Assembly: GCF_006345805.1 (NCBI RefSeq)
Contig: NC_043012.1
Location: 27,094,001-27,158,000, forward strand
Source: Octopus sinensis
Lineage: Eukaryota
Direction of reading: 5' to 3'
Length of the DNA: 64,000 nt
The notes under the pieces were generated by a model. That model saw only the letters and a program-made list of their open reading frames with translations. It was not told where the DNA came from and made no database searches. Below, piece after piece: positions 25,852 to 37,699 of the stretch; the stretch's first letter is position 1, and each line of letters starts with the position of its first letter. The position numbers and the translations under genes were made by a program.

Positions 25852-27013
25852 CAACTGTCAGTATTAATACTGCCTTTGTCTTGCGGTATTGTGTGAATGA
25901 AAGTTGATTCTTTGTTGATCAGAGATCAATCTCGGATCAATTAGCTGAGCACAAGATATACTTAGTAGATTTTATTATTCTTATTTGTGGATCTTTCTCA
26001 TCCACAGCATGCAATACTGGTCAAATAGCAAGAAACTTTTGCTGGGACAAGTCTTTGATAATGGGTTTCATAATTTTTAAAGTGAAATGGTCTGTGATTT
26101 TGAAAGAGGAAATGATTCTGAACTGAATGATAATGATGGAAGTGTGCATAGAAATATAGTTAGTATTATCACATCAGATGATAATGTACTAGCTTTAACT
26201 GAGAGGTGGGTGGTATGGTAGTCATTGTAGAACTGGGCCTTGTAAAGGGCTTGGTACTCTCCAAATAACTTTTAAAAATTTCTCTCATCCCCACCTGGAT
26301 GAACTATAAATACTTTTATTGAATGCCAGTTTTTCTTCTACCAGCCATGAGAGCCAAGGAACATTCTGCATGAGGTAAATGTAGTGAGTACTCTTGCTGA
26401 ATTTGATTTTGACACCAAACATGATATCATTCTACAAAACCCATAATTATCACTCTGCTCACTCTCATGAGAATCTAATAATTTGGCTTAAAAGTTTCTG
26501 TGTCATTGGTGGTGATTTAGATTCACAAAACCTGGGAAAATTCATGCAAACACATCTACTTCTTGTGATTATACAAGACGCAACTGATATGAAATGTAGC
26601 CACTAGGCAATTTATAAACAAGGACACTTGGTGGCCAATAATGAGATGCATGTATTTGTGTGCCATAATATCATGGTCAATATTTTGGCTGCTCATGTTG
26701 AAAAGATTAAAGTGAAGAAGGGAAATGATTCAACTTCAAATATCTGTCAAGATCTAAAGAGCAGTAGACAAAGAAGATATAACAAAGAAACAGTTGATAG
26801 GGTAAATCTATTACAAAATGGAGTTTATAAAAATAAACCTATCCAAGCCTATATTTGTAGTATGAATTATTGTGTTTAGGATCTTGAGTGCCATATGCAT
26901 AGGTTGTAAGAGATAAAAGAAAAGTTGAGAAGTCTGAATGATTATAGCAAATAACTTCCAGATGAATTATTAAATTAAGATATATCATATAAACTCAATA
27001 TTAATTTACTCAC

Positions 27014-27105
27014 AAGGTTTCCTTTTCAATCAAAGTATTCATTCCAGTTTTCAGACAAGACATACGAGCTAATGTCGTACCAAAAGATGATGAATAACTC
27101 CAGCT
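27014..27105 (-). CDS. MTMR10: MTMR10-like gene, fourth exon seen (92 bp, phase 0 to 2): SWSYSSSFGTTLARMSCLKTGMNTLIEKET
   Basis: Acceptor ttttacctgcttatag, donor TT|gtgagt; resembles recalled MTMR10 LWCWSHSNGSALVRMA; phases fit both neighbours. Confidence 0.85.
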
Positions 27106-27189
27106 CTATAAGCAGGTAAAAAACAAAATAATTAAAAAGAAACCCTGTGAATCTTTTTCAAAGTGATGCAACACTATATATATCATCAA

Positions 27190-29180
27190 TGTTTAATGCC
27201 TGCTTTCCATACTGGTATGGGTGAAATGGTTTGATATGGAGATGGCTAACAAGGAGCTGTTCAGACTCCAACTGTCTGTTGTGGCATGGTTTCTACAGCT
27301 GGATGCTCTTCCTAATACCAACCACTGGGTGCTCTTTATGTGCCACCAGCACGGGTGCATTTATGCAGTACTGACACAAATGCTTTTTAAGTGGCACCGG
27401 CACCTGAAATGACACAATTTTACTTAGCTTGACATGTCTTATCAAGTAGAGCAAATCGCCATATCTCCCTGCTCCCTGTCATTTCCTCAGTGAGACCCAA
27501 TATCTGAATATCATTTCTCACCACTTCATACCATGTCTTCCTGATTTGCTCCTTCCACAGGTACCCTCCACAATTAAAGCTCACCACTTCTTCCTACAGC
27601 TGTCCTCATCCATACACATCACATGACCAAACCAGCAGTCTTCTATCTTGCACACATCTGATGCCTCATATCATTTACACTCTCTTGTGCATGCACACTG
27701 ATATTATCCATTCAGCGAAGTATGCTAGCTTCATTTCTTTCAAGCCTTCACATTTTCTCTGTAGCCAAAGTGCATGTTTCATTGCCATATAACATAGTTG
27801 TTTGTATACAGGCATCATACAATCTGCCTTCCACTCTGAGGGAGAGGCCCTTAGTTACCAACAAATGTAGCAGCTCTCTGAACTTTGCCCAGCCCATTCT
27901 TATCCTAGCAACTACACTTTTAGAACTCCCTTCCCCACTGCTAACTTCATCTCATAGGTAACAGAAGCTATCTACTACATCTAATGATCCATCTGAGTAT
28001 TTGAGGGAGCCTATTGTCTGCATATTTTTAGTGCTTATTGTACCTGCACATCTGTCACATAGAAAGACTATATTCTCTGTCAAGCTTCCTTTGATACTGC
28101 TGAGCCTCTTATGAGTCCAAAGCTTGCACTGGGTATAGTGTACGGAGTTTCTATATACACCCTTCTTACATATCCAGCAGGACCATCTTCCAGAAGGGAT
28201 TTGTGATTTGTCTGTTTTCCTACTTAGATTCCAGACCTTGCTTCCACATCTGAAATTTCTTCTCTAGGTCAAGTAGTGATTCGGCTATAAGAACAAGGTT
28301 ATCAGCATAGAGGAGCTTCCAGGGACAGCTGGACTTGAATTCCTCTAAGGCTTGGAGGACTAAGATAAACAGGTGGGGGCTGAGAGCTGAGCCTTGGTGG
28401 ACTCCTACCCGAAAACTCATTGCCAACCTTCACCTTACTGGCAGCATCTCTGTATATGGCATGTACTGTGCTCACTAACCACTCATCTATACCTAGCTTC
28501 CACATTGATCATGAGATAAGGGAACAGGGGACCCCGTCAAAGGCTTTCTCCATGATGACAAAAGCCAAATATAGAGATTTATTTTTGGCTAAATATTTCT
28601 CCTGCAGTTGCCTAACTAGGAATATAGCAATAGTCATACTCCTGTCTCACACAAATCCAAACTGCATCTCATCTAGACTCTCTTCCTAATTAATTGAGCT
28701 ATGGCCCTTTCTGTAACTTCCATCAAGTGATCTAGCAATTTCATGCCTCAGTAATTATTTCTGTCTAAGGCATCACCTTTGCCTTTGTAGCAGTTGACTA
28801 TAATGCTGCAACATCAATTGTTGGGTATGACTCCCTCATGGACAATCGAATTAATTATACAGGTGACCAGGCAATATCCTACTCTGCCAGATATTTTAAG
28901 CATCTCAGTACTGATTCCTGACGGGTTGTGGGCTTTCCCCATCTTCATATCTTTAATTGCTTTATCTACCAATCTACAGTTGATTCAAATACCTAGTCCC
29001 TCAGTTGGGTCAACATTTGGTAGACTCTCCTTCTCCTATTCATTCTCAACATTTAGCAGCCTTTCATAATGGCATTTCCAAGTCTCTTTCTTTGCAGAAT
29101 CATTAAATGTAAGTGAACCATCATTCATGCAGACACATTTCTCTCCTATGACATCACAATTTTCTATCACTTGTCTTTAA
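27190..29180 (-). mobile_element. Decayed RTE-type LINE with 3' UTR
   Basis: GVHQGSALSP...YADN (28220-28426), WKLGIDEWLV (28302-28505); relative of 37700-41237. Confidence 0.85.
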
Positions 29181-29234
29181 CACTTCATATGGTTGATATT
29201 TGGAAGGGTAAAACTGTAAAAATAATGCCAAAAC

Positions 29235-29435
29235 TTAAATTGCCTGTGCTGGTGCCACATAAAAAGCACTCAGTCCACTCTGCAGGATGGTTGATATTGG
29301 GAAGGGCATCCAGCCATAAAGACCATGCCAATACAGACACAGTAGCCTTGTGTAGTCTTCTACTTGACCAGCTCCTGTCAAACTGTCCAACTCATGCCAG
29401 CTTTGAAGGTTGACATTAAATGATGGTGATGATGA
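29235..29435 (+). mobile_element. Diverged RTE 3' UTR copy
   Basis: GGAAGGGCATCCAGC...GACATTAAATGATGGTGATG tail. Confidence 0.65.
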
Positions 29436-29457
29436 TGTGTGTATGTATATATATATA

Positions 29458-29488
<31 letters not shown>

Positions 29489-30489
29489 GTAGCAGTTTAT
29501 TGGAATATAACATGTATGTATATGATAGATATATGATACAAAACCACATTAAAATCCAAATCAAAACTGAGAAAACACAAACTTGAGTGAAGAAAGCAAG
29601 AAAAAAGAAAAAGAAAAGGGAAAAGGCAGGGAAAGAAAGAAAAAGTCAATACAACTGCAAGTCCTCAATTGGTTGCACACTACAAGGTTCAACTGAACCT
29701 GCAAGCTAACGCATTTGTAGTATCACCACAGGTGATGGAGAGGCTAAGACAGAATATAGTATTATATATATTTGAAAGAATGAGTAGAGATGGCTTTTTT
29801 GAGGGGATAATTTTAATTTTTAATATTAATAATAATGTTTACAGTGAGTTACTCTGATACGAGTTTCAGGCATCACATAGCTGTTTTCAAACTGAAAAAT
29901 GTAGGTTTTACTGGTTGCTTAAATAGCAAAAGATGTTTTCTAACAAATATACATACAAAAAAGTATACACGGAAGAGAGAAAATTTTTAAAATACTTTAA
30001 AAAAAAATATAAACAAATAAGAATATTAAAAAAATAAAAACAAAAATAATATACATTGAAAGCGCGAAATGAGTAGATAGACAGCTGACAACTGATGAAG
30101 GTTTGTCCTGTTTTCCATTTTTCTGTTTACATATTTCATGTTATTTGCACTATTGGTGATGTCCTGTACCCATTTATGCATGTTTGTGTGTATATATAAA
30201 GAATACAAAAGCATGTGTGAAGAAGAAGAAGCACCACAACAAAAGGAAGGAAGAAAGAAGGCGAAGAAGGGGGAGGAGAAGAGAAAAAAGTAAATGAAAT
30301 TAACAAAAAATAAATATATAGATAAAATTAAAAAAAAAAGATTAATAGTAATTGAGAACAGTGGGGGGAAGATTTAAGTCTATCAAAAATAACCAAGTGG
30401 AAAATTTAGGAATGGTCAGTTTTGTGTTCTTGTCAAATGTTGACCTGTGTGGTGAGGTCACCTATTCAGTTCTCAAAGGTGGAATGGTG

Positions 30490-32915
30490 TGTATATATAT
30501 ACTTTGATAGGTTTCGGCCATTATTGGCCCAGGCCATGTCTAACTTAATAGCACCACCTGGTGAAGTCTTTCAAGTCAGAATTTGGGCACTATGGCCCAC
30601 TCAAGTAGAGAGTTAATGTTTACAGAGACATATCCGGGTGTAGGAGGTTTATCCGGGATTTCTTGAAGGAATCTGTCCAAAGACTTCTTGAACCCTATAG
30701 GGTCTGTTTCTGTTTTAATGTGTTTTGGTGTAATGTTAAAGAGAGCGGGGCCAATTGAGGTGAAATAATTGTGCCATATTGTTGTTATGAGATGAGAGTG
30801 CGATTTTTGTTGTGGGCGGATGGCACGGGGCCCAAGCCTTGGATGTACCTTAAAGGTGATGCCAACATCATTTGGGCAATGCTGATGGAATATTTTCCAC
30901 ATCATGCAGATGATGTAGCGTTCACGGCAACGTTGGAGAGGATAAAGTTTTAGCTTTTCTACTCGACCTCAATAGTCGAGGCCTGTCATGCCATCTATCT
31001 TTTTTGTGATTGACCTTTGAGGTGCTTCAACTTTTATGATACTTTGTTTTGTGTGGGGAGACCACAGTGGACAACAGTATTCAAGGTGGGGTCGGGCAAA
31101 AGTGGAGAAGAGAAGGATAATGGTGTGGATATCTCTCGACTGAAAAGTTCTGAGAATCCAGGAACACATTCTGCGGGCCACATCAACTTAGGTGTTTATA
31201 TGAGTGGCCCAGCTTATGTTGTTGTCCACAATTACTCCCAAGTCTCTGATGTTGTTGGAATCATCTGCAAAGATTTTTATGTTGCTGTGCTTGATGATGT
31301 CATTAATGTCATTAATGTAGATGATGAAAAGAAGTAGGCCCAGCACAGTGCCTTGCAGAACGCCACTACTGACTTTGGCTGGGCTTGATTTTACTCCTTC
31401 AACTACAACATGTTGAGATCTGTCTGTCAGGAAACACTTGATCCATTTCAGTAACTTTCCAGAGACACCAATGTTGGATAGTTTTTTCAATAGGATCTTG
31501 TGATCAACCCGGTTGAAGGCCTTGCTGAAATCAAGGTAGATGACATCGGAGTTGGAGCCCTCTCCCAAAGCTCTCAAAATGTCACCAAAGTGATGCAGGA
31601 GCTGCATTAGGCAGTCAATATGAGGGTTGCTCATTACGGAACCCATGTTGGTTAGAGATCAGCCGTCTGTTGCTTTCCAGAAATTGGGTTATTCGAGATC
31701 TCACCACCCTCTCAAATACCTTGATGATATGAAAGGTGAGTGAGATCGGACGGTAGTTCACTGCAAGGGACTTGCTTCCCTTTTTGAAAACTGGGACAAC
31801 AGACTGGGACAGAAGGTTTTTTGGAATATAGCCAGCATCTAGTGAGTTTCTCCACAGATTAGCAAGGGGAGATGCAAGTTGGTGTCGACACACCTTCAGG
31901 ACACAAGCAGGGAACCTATCGGGGCCTACTGCTGAATTGTGTTTTATTTCATTTATCGCTGCTAAGACATGAGGGGCACCAAACGTTATGTCCGATATAG
32001 TGTGTTGGGGGTTGACATCACTGATACAGCCCAGATCGGCCATATCAGGATTGCTGAAAACAGAGCAGTATTGTTTCTGCAGTATCTCACCCATGGATTT
32101 GGCATTATCTTGGAGAGTGCCATTTTCATCAATTAGAGGGCCAACAGTGGAGACAGTGACCCTGTGTTTCCTCGCAAATGAAAAGAACACTTTGGGGTTG
32201 AGTTTGATTTTTTCAATGGCCCACTTCTCCTCAACTGATCTTTGGTTACTGATGAGGGTCTTCATGCATTGTTGGAGGTTATATTTTTGGGATTCAAGCA
32301 GTGCGATAGCCGTCGAATGTGTGTGTTGCTGTTGGCAGTATTTTAGTTTGTTAATTTTTTTGTTTGTTCTTTTTATTTTTCTGATAATAGTTTTTCTGTT
32401 TTGGGGGATTCTGCACTTTTTGTTCACAGGTCTTGGTGGAGATTTTTTTGCACATATGTTTGTGACGGTGTCTAAAAAGATCTGCCAAGATGTTTTATTG
32501 TTGGTGGAGATGTGTGTATGTGTAAAGGACCAGTCAACATGCGATAGCTCGTTCCTGATTGCATCCCAGTTGGCATTATGGAGATCCATGTTATCAAATG
32601 GGTGGGCTGGAGAGAGGTCACTAGGATTAGCTTTCGGCTGGTGGAATTTCATGTTACAGAGAACCATGTCATGGTCTGAAAGAAGGGATTTTTCTACTGT
32701 AATGTTATGTATAGTGTTAGTGTGGTTACTAAATACTAGGTCCAAAATGTTCTTCTGATATCTTGTTGGTGCAAGGACAAGTTGGGACAAGAAAAACTCA
32801 TTCATAAAGACGAAAAGTGACTCTACTGCTTCTTTGTCAGCGGTTGAGGCGGGAGTGCTTGGTTTCAAACAGTTTGTAGTCCAGTCAACACAGGGTAGAT
32901 TGAAGTCTCCCATCA
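30490..32915 (-). mobile_element. CR1/L2-type LINE (third family), EN through RT to 3' end, frameshifted with internal deletions
   Basis: ORF 31615-32940 (MGDFNLP, SDHDMV, AVGPDRFP, NYRPISLT, QHGFR); 31188-31646 (KAFNRVDH, GTVLG, FADD); 30969-31181 (RPHLEYCCPLWSP). Confidence 0.9.
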
Positions 32916-34440
32916 TGAATAGCTTCCTTGCAGCTGGCAAACTTCCAAGAAAACTGAAGGCAGGTAAAATATGCCCTATTCATAAAGGAGGTAGCAGAGC
33001 GGAGGCCAAGAACTACAGACCTATCTCTCTCACCTCACACATCAGCAAGGTCATGGAACGAATAGTCAGAAGGAAACTAATCACCTTCCTTGAAGAAAAT
33101 AACTTGCTGCCTGACACCCAACATGGTTTCCAACCAGGAAGAAGCTTCTTAACTCAGCTCCTGCAGCACTATGACTGGGTGCTGAAACAACTGCTCAACC
33201 ACTCAAATGTGGAAGTCATATATCTCGACTTCGCAAAGGCCTTCGATAAAGTCGATCATGGAGTGATATGTCACAAACTGCGTGATCTTGGCATAGTTGG
33301 AAAACTAGGAGAATGGCTTCACGACTTTCTGAAGAATAGAAGTCAACTTCCATTAGCACGCAAATAGTGAGCGGTGTTCCACAGGGCACTGTTTTGGGAC
33401 CACTACTGTTCATAATGGCCCTCTCAGACATGCCCTCAGCCACGCGGAGATCCACGATCACAAGTTATGCAGATGATACAAAAGTTTCACAGGCAATACA
33501 GAACCCTGAAGACACTAAGCACCTGCAATATGAGCTGGACGAAATATACAAGTGGGCTGAGAAGAATAGCATGCAGTTGAATGCTGAAAAGTTTCAAGCT
33601 TTATACTATCAGCATGCAAAACTGAATGCAATACCCAAGGAATACACTGGACCCGGAGGGATTGCAATCCCAGAGGCACAATCAGTGCCTGACCTGGGTA
33701 TTCACATGAGTGATGACGCGACCTTTCATGTACATGTTGCTAAACTGACAATGAAATGCAGACGGCTGGCTGGATGGATTCTTAGAACCTTTAGAACAAG
33801 AGAACAAGAAACCATGATGGTCCTCCGGAAGACACTTGTCCTAAGCCACTTTGACTATTGCTCTCAGCTATGGTCACCATCCAGTGTCAAGTTGATCACA
33901 GAACTTGAGGCGATCCAACAAAGCTACACGAAGAAGATAGCCTCTATGCAGAATGTAAGCTACTGGGAAAGACTCAAGAGATTAAAATTATATTCCCTGG
34001 AGCGTAGGCGGGAAAGATATGCCATAATATACATCTGAAAGATCCTGGAGGGAAGTGTCCTGAACTTTGGCATCGAGAGTTACGCAAATGCCAGAACTGG
34101 GCGCCACTGCGTGGTGCCTAGGACTCCAAACTTGCCATCAAGATGTAGGATGAGATTCTGTGATAGCCTGTGCTTCCGAGGCCCACAGCTCTTCAATATC
34201 CTCACGAAGAACCTGAGAGACCTGCATGGGGTGGATACAGATGTCTTTAAAATGGAGCTGGATCTCTTCCTGTCAGGTGTCCCAGATGAACCAACTTCAC
34301 GGCAGGAGGGGCAGATGAGGGCAGCTGCATCGAACTCTCTCATGCACCAAATAGCAGTTGCTAGAAAGCCTCCATGAAGTGAAACAAAATAGCAACACCA
34401 AATGGCGGTGCCCCAGCATGGCCACAGCTCATAAGCTGAA
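32916..34440 (+). mobile_element. 5'-truncated CR1/L2-type LINE (first family), RT to 3' end
   Basis: NYRPISLTSH, QHGFQPGRS, KAFDKVDH, GVPQGTVLGP, YADD, ERRRERY; 3' end GCCCCAGCATGGCCACAGC. Confidence 0.92.
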
Positions 34441-34454
34441 ACTACAATCAATCA

Positions 34455-34659
34455 ATCAATATATATATATTTATATATATATACATATACACATATATAT
34501 ATATATATACATATATACAATTATATATATATATACATATATACATATATATATATATATACATATTACATATATATATATATATACATATATACATATA
34601 TATATATACATATATACATATATATATATATACATATATACATATATATATATATATTA
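34455..34659. repeat. (TA)n/(TACA)n microsatellite next to the assembly gap
   Basis: Direct reading. Confidence 0.9.
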
Positions 34660-34759
34660 NNNNNNNNNNNNNNNNNNNNNNNNNNNNNNNNNNNNNNNNN
34701 NNNNNNNNNNNNNNNNNNNNNNNNNNNNNNNNNNNNNNNNNNNNNNNNNNNNNNNNNNN
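34660..34759. other. Assembly gap of 100 N (probably a placeholder size)
   Basis: Run of n. Confidence 0.99.
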
Positions 34760-35403
34760 TCAATGATCTTTGTGAACAAGTTTAGATAGAATCTTTTCCA
34801 ATGTCCACAACCTTTTCTTCCACTTGCTAATACCACCAACATTTTCAGACAGTTCATAATATCTTCAATTAATCTCTAATGCATTCAGTACAAATTAAGG
34901 TTGCCAATAAATTCTGTAATACATTTTTAACAATCCTGTTGAATTTAACAACACTCACACATGCACACAAACATATTTGTTAAAGGCACAATCCTTACAA
35001 CTGTAAATGTCTTCTTCAGGATTACTTTTAGAATAGAAGCTGTGTCAAAGGTATTAGTCTACATTTTTTAAAAAATGACATTTGCTAAGATACAAATACA
35101 ATTGTAAATATAGTAATGATATCACATTACAATAACATATATGTTATTGCACACAGATCATTAATATATAATAGTCAGAAAATATATCAAAAGATAGTAT
35201 GACAATGTATATACAGTAATAAAATATTTGAATAAACATGCCAAAAAATAGTCAAAGATGATGATGTTGCTAATTTTAGAAAATTGCAGTGTTATTTCTC
35301 GTCAACAAAAAAATAACAGCCTAAAGATTTTGAAATCTATTACTTAATTTACTTATACAAACTTGAAAAATTGACAACAACATTTCAAAATGTTAAAACT
35401 CAC

Positions 35404-35491
35404 TAAGAGCCTTTGATCATCAAATGCCATGGCCATCTCTGTAAGACTTTCATTATTTAAACTTTCTGGAATAATGAAATATTCAGGTAAA
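35404..35491 (-). CDS. MTMR10: MTMR10-like gene, third exon seen (88 bp, phase 2 to 0): LPEYFIIPESLNNESLTEMAMAFDDQRLL
   Basis: Long polypyrimidine acceptor ending ttttcag, donor |gtgagt; matches recalled MTMR10 LPEYIVVPSSL...F..RRMP; lies within ORF 35353-35553. Confidence 0.88.
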
Positions 35492-36089
35492 CTGAAAAAA
35501 AGGAAAAAGAAAAAAAAAAGAATGAAAAATGAATTATAATTATCTAAGATCATTACATTACAAAAAGTTAAGATTCCATTTGCAGCCTATCTCTTACACT
35601 TATTAGTATTTACTCTGCTTCAAGAGTTAATTACCGCAAAGATAAGGGTGATGTTGTAAAGAGTGGGGAACTATACAAATCAGTTCCTGAGAAAATGTTT
35701 TTAAATGAAGATAATTTCATACCCTAAACAGATTCATTTAGTTTCCTCTCAATCTCTTGAACATAACTCTTGGTTTTGCAGTAATTAACTAATGGAAACA
35801 GCTACCATAAATACCCATGTAATTTATGCACTGTTTCGCAAAAACAAAAATAAACTTTAGTGGGTGCGTAAATTACATGAGTAGATCATTTCCAGAATTT
35901 TTTTAGAAATTGTTTTTGTTGAAAAATATCATACAAATGTAAACATTCATACTGGAAGTTGACTCATTTAATGTCAGAAGAGGTTTTTACAAAAAAAATA
36001 TAATGAAGTTGACTTTTATTTATGCTGGACGGTATAATGTCTACATTTTCTGTATAAATTTACTAAAACCATTAAATGGTTAACTACTT

Positions 36090-36335
36090 TTTGAAGTTTG
36101 ATGTTCATGCTGGTAATCACGGTCCGGGCTATATTTTACATTGCTTGGAGTTTCTACCTATCATAATGGAGCCCAGCAATTTCCTTAAATAGATCAGTTT
36201 TTCTCCACTTAAGAAGTCTAGCTTGTGTTTGCCTCCAAGAAGCTATTGCTAGCTTTCTCCATGTTAGGACAATGAAACCCCTGACATTGCTGCTACCAGC
36301 TCTTACTGCATCTAACGCTGACGACATCATAATTC
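36090..36335 (-). mobile_element. Possible decayed pogo/Tc5-type transposase N-terminus (psq/CENP-B HTH)
   Basis: MSSALDAVRAG..., EKLIYL..., VKY..DRD pieces in shifting frames. Confidence 0.35.
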
Positions 36336-36649
36336 ATCCTTGCACATATAAACATCTCAAAGTGAATATAACTTAGTGTTCCTACAGAAACCTTCATTTA
36401 CCTAATACAATGTTTAATCTCATTTCACATTCATGTTGAATTACACAGCAATCTTATGTTCTCTTCATAGAACACTTGTACGAACTGGGATGAGGTTCTT
36501 TTTATACAGTACATTTTTGCTATTCTTGTTTATGTCTCCTCACAGACGTGAATATTCTAACAAGTCGCTTCTTAAATTTTGCACCTCTCTTGTTCAGTAA
36601 ACACTGAGTTAAACTTTCAAAGCTGTTTATTTTCTCACTTTGATTTTGC

Positions 36650-37500
36650 AGAAGACGATGCTCTAGTCTAAACTTGCCCCAAATTCCTAAAAATATTCTT
36701 CTTCCTTGTGTTCTATTTACTGCCTGACCACCTAACTCTTACCCCTCTCTCTCTCTTCGATTTACCACTGCTGTTTCATTAAATTATTTGCTCTTTCATA
36801 AATTATATTACCCAAAACCCCTAAGAATATTCTTCCGCGTGTTGTATTTACTGCATGACCACCTAACTCTGACCCCTCTCTCTCTGCTTCACTGTCTCTC
36901 TCTTCAATTTACCACTACTGTTTCATTAAATTATGGTTCTCAAAATCCAAAAAAATATTTTTCAATTCTATCTCACAATTTTGGCATTTGCTGTTTCATT
37001 AATTTATGTTACCGAAAATCCCTAAGAATATTCTTCTTCCTCGTGTTGTATTTACTGCCTGACCACCTAACTCTGACCCCCTCTCTCAGCCTCACTGTGT
37101 GTCTCTCTCTTCACCTGATACACCAACACTTCCCCCACTAACCGGAACTCTATATAAACTGGTGCATGCTCTGTTTTCCCCTACTCGATTTTCAATTCCT
37201 CTGCTGATAGACCACGGATTTCAGAAGATGTTCAAATAAGAAATTTTTACTTTTCAACCTCGTTCATGTACCCCTGTTTCTGCGTAGATCGTAACCCCCA
37301 CCCCACCCCATTCATGCTCTATTATCTATCTATTTCTTTAACATGTAAACATAGTTCCGATAGCTTCGTCTTCCTTGTTTGTTTTAAGATCATGCATATC
37401 TGTTAATCGCAATATTTTATTTACTTATTCTATTCAAGGTTATCTAAATTTGTCTAACCATAGTATATAAGTGCAGAAGACAATGCTCTAGTCTAAACTT
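36650..37500. repeat. Unclassified repeat with three degenerate internal direct repeats
   Basis: TATTTACTGC.TGACCACCTAACTCT.ACCCC near 36715, 36845 and 37050; GCTCTAGTCTAAACTTGC near 36660 and 37485. Confidence 0.6.
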
Positions 37501-37699
37501 GCTGGATCGCGGTACAACCCGCCCTCCCACCCCCTCCACTTTAACCGGAAGTCCCTAACCTATGTCTTCCTTGTTTACCTCTCGCGAACACTCCTAAGGG
37601 CCAAATGCCACCCCCACCCCTATGTAGGGTTTATTTGATCATATAGCGCATAAAAATGGTGTAGTGTATGTAGGTTGTAGTCTAGTGTTTCTTTATGAA

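Noticed and set aside
30060-30115. GAAA followed by CTGATGA as a permuted hammerhead
   Set aside because: No convincing stems I-III could be built.
31988-32758. 256-aa plus-strand ORF
   Set aside because: It is the antisense shadow of the LINE ORF 31615-32940; no independent motif.
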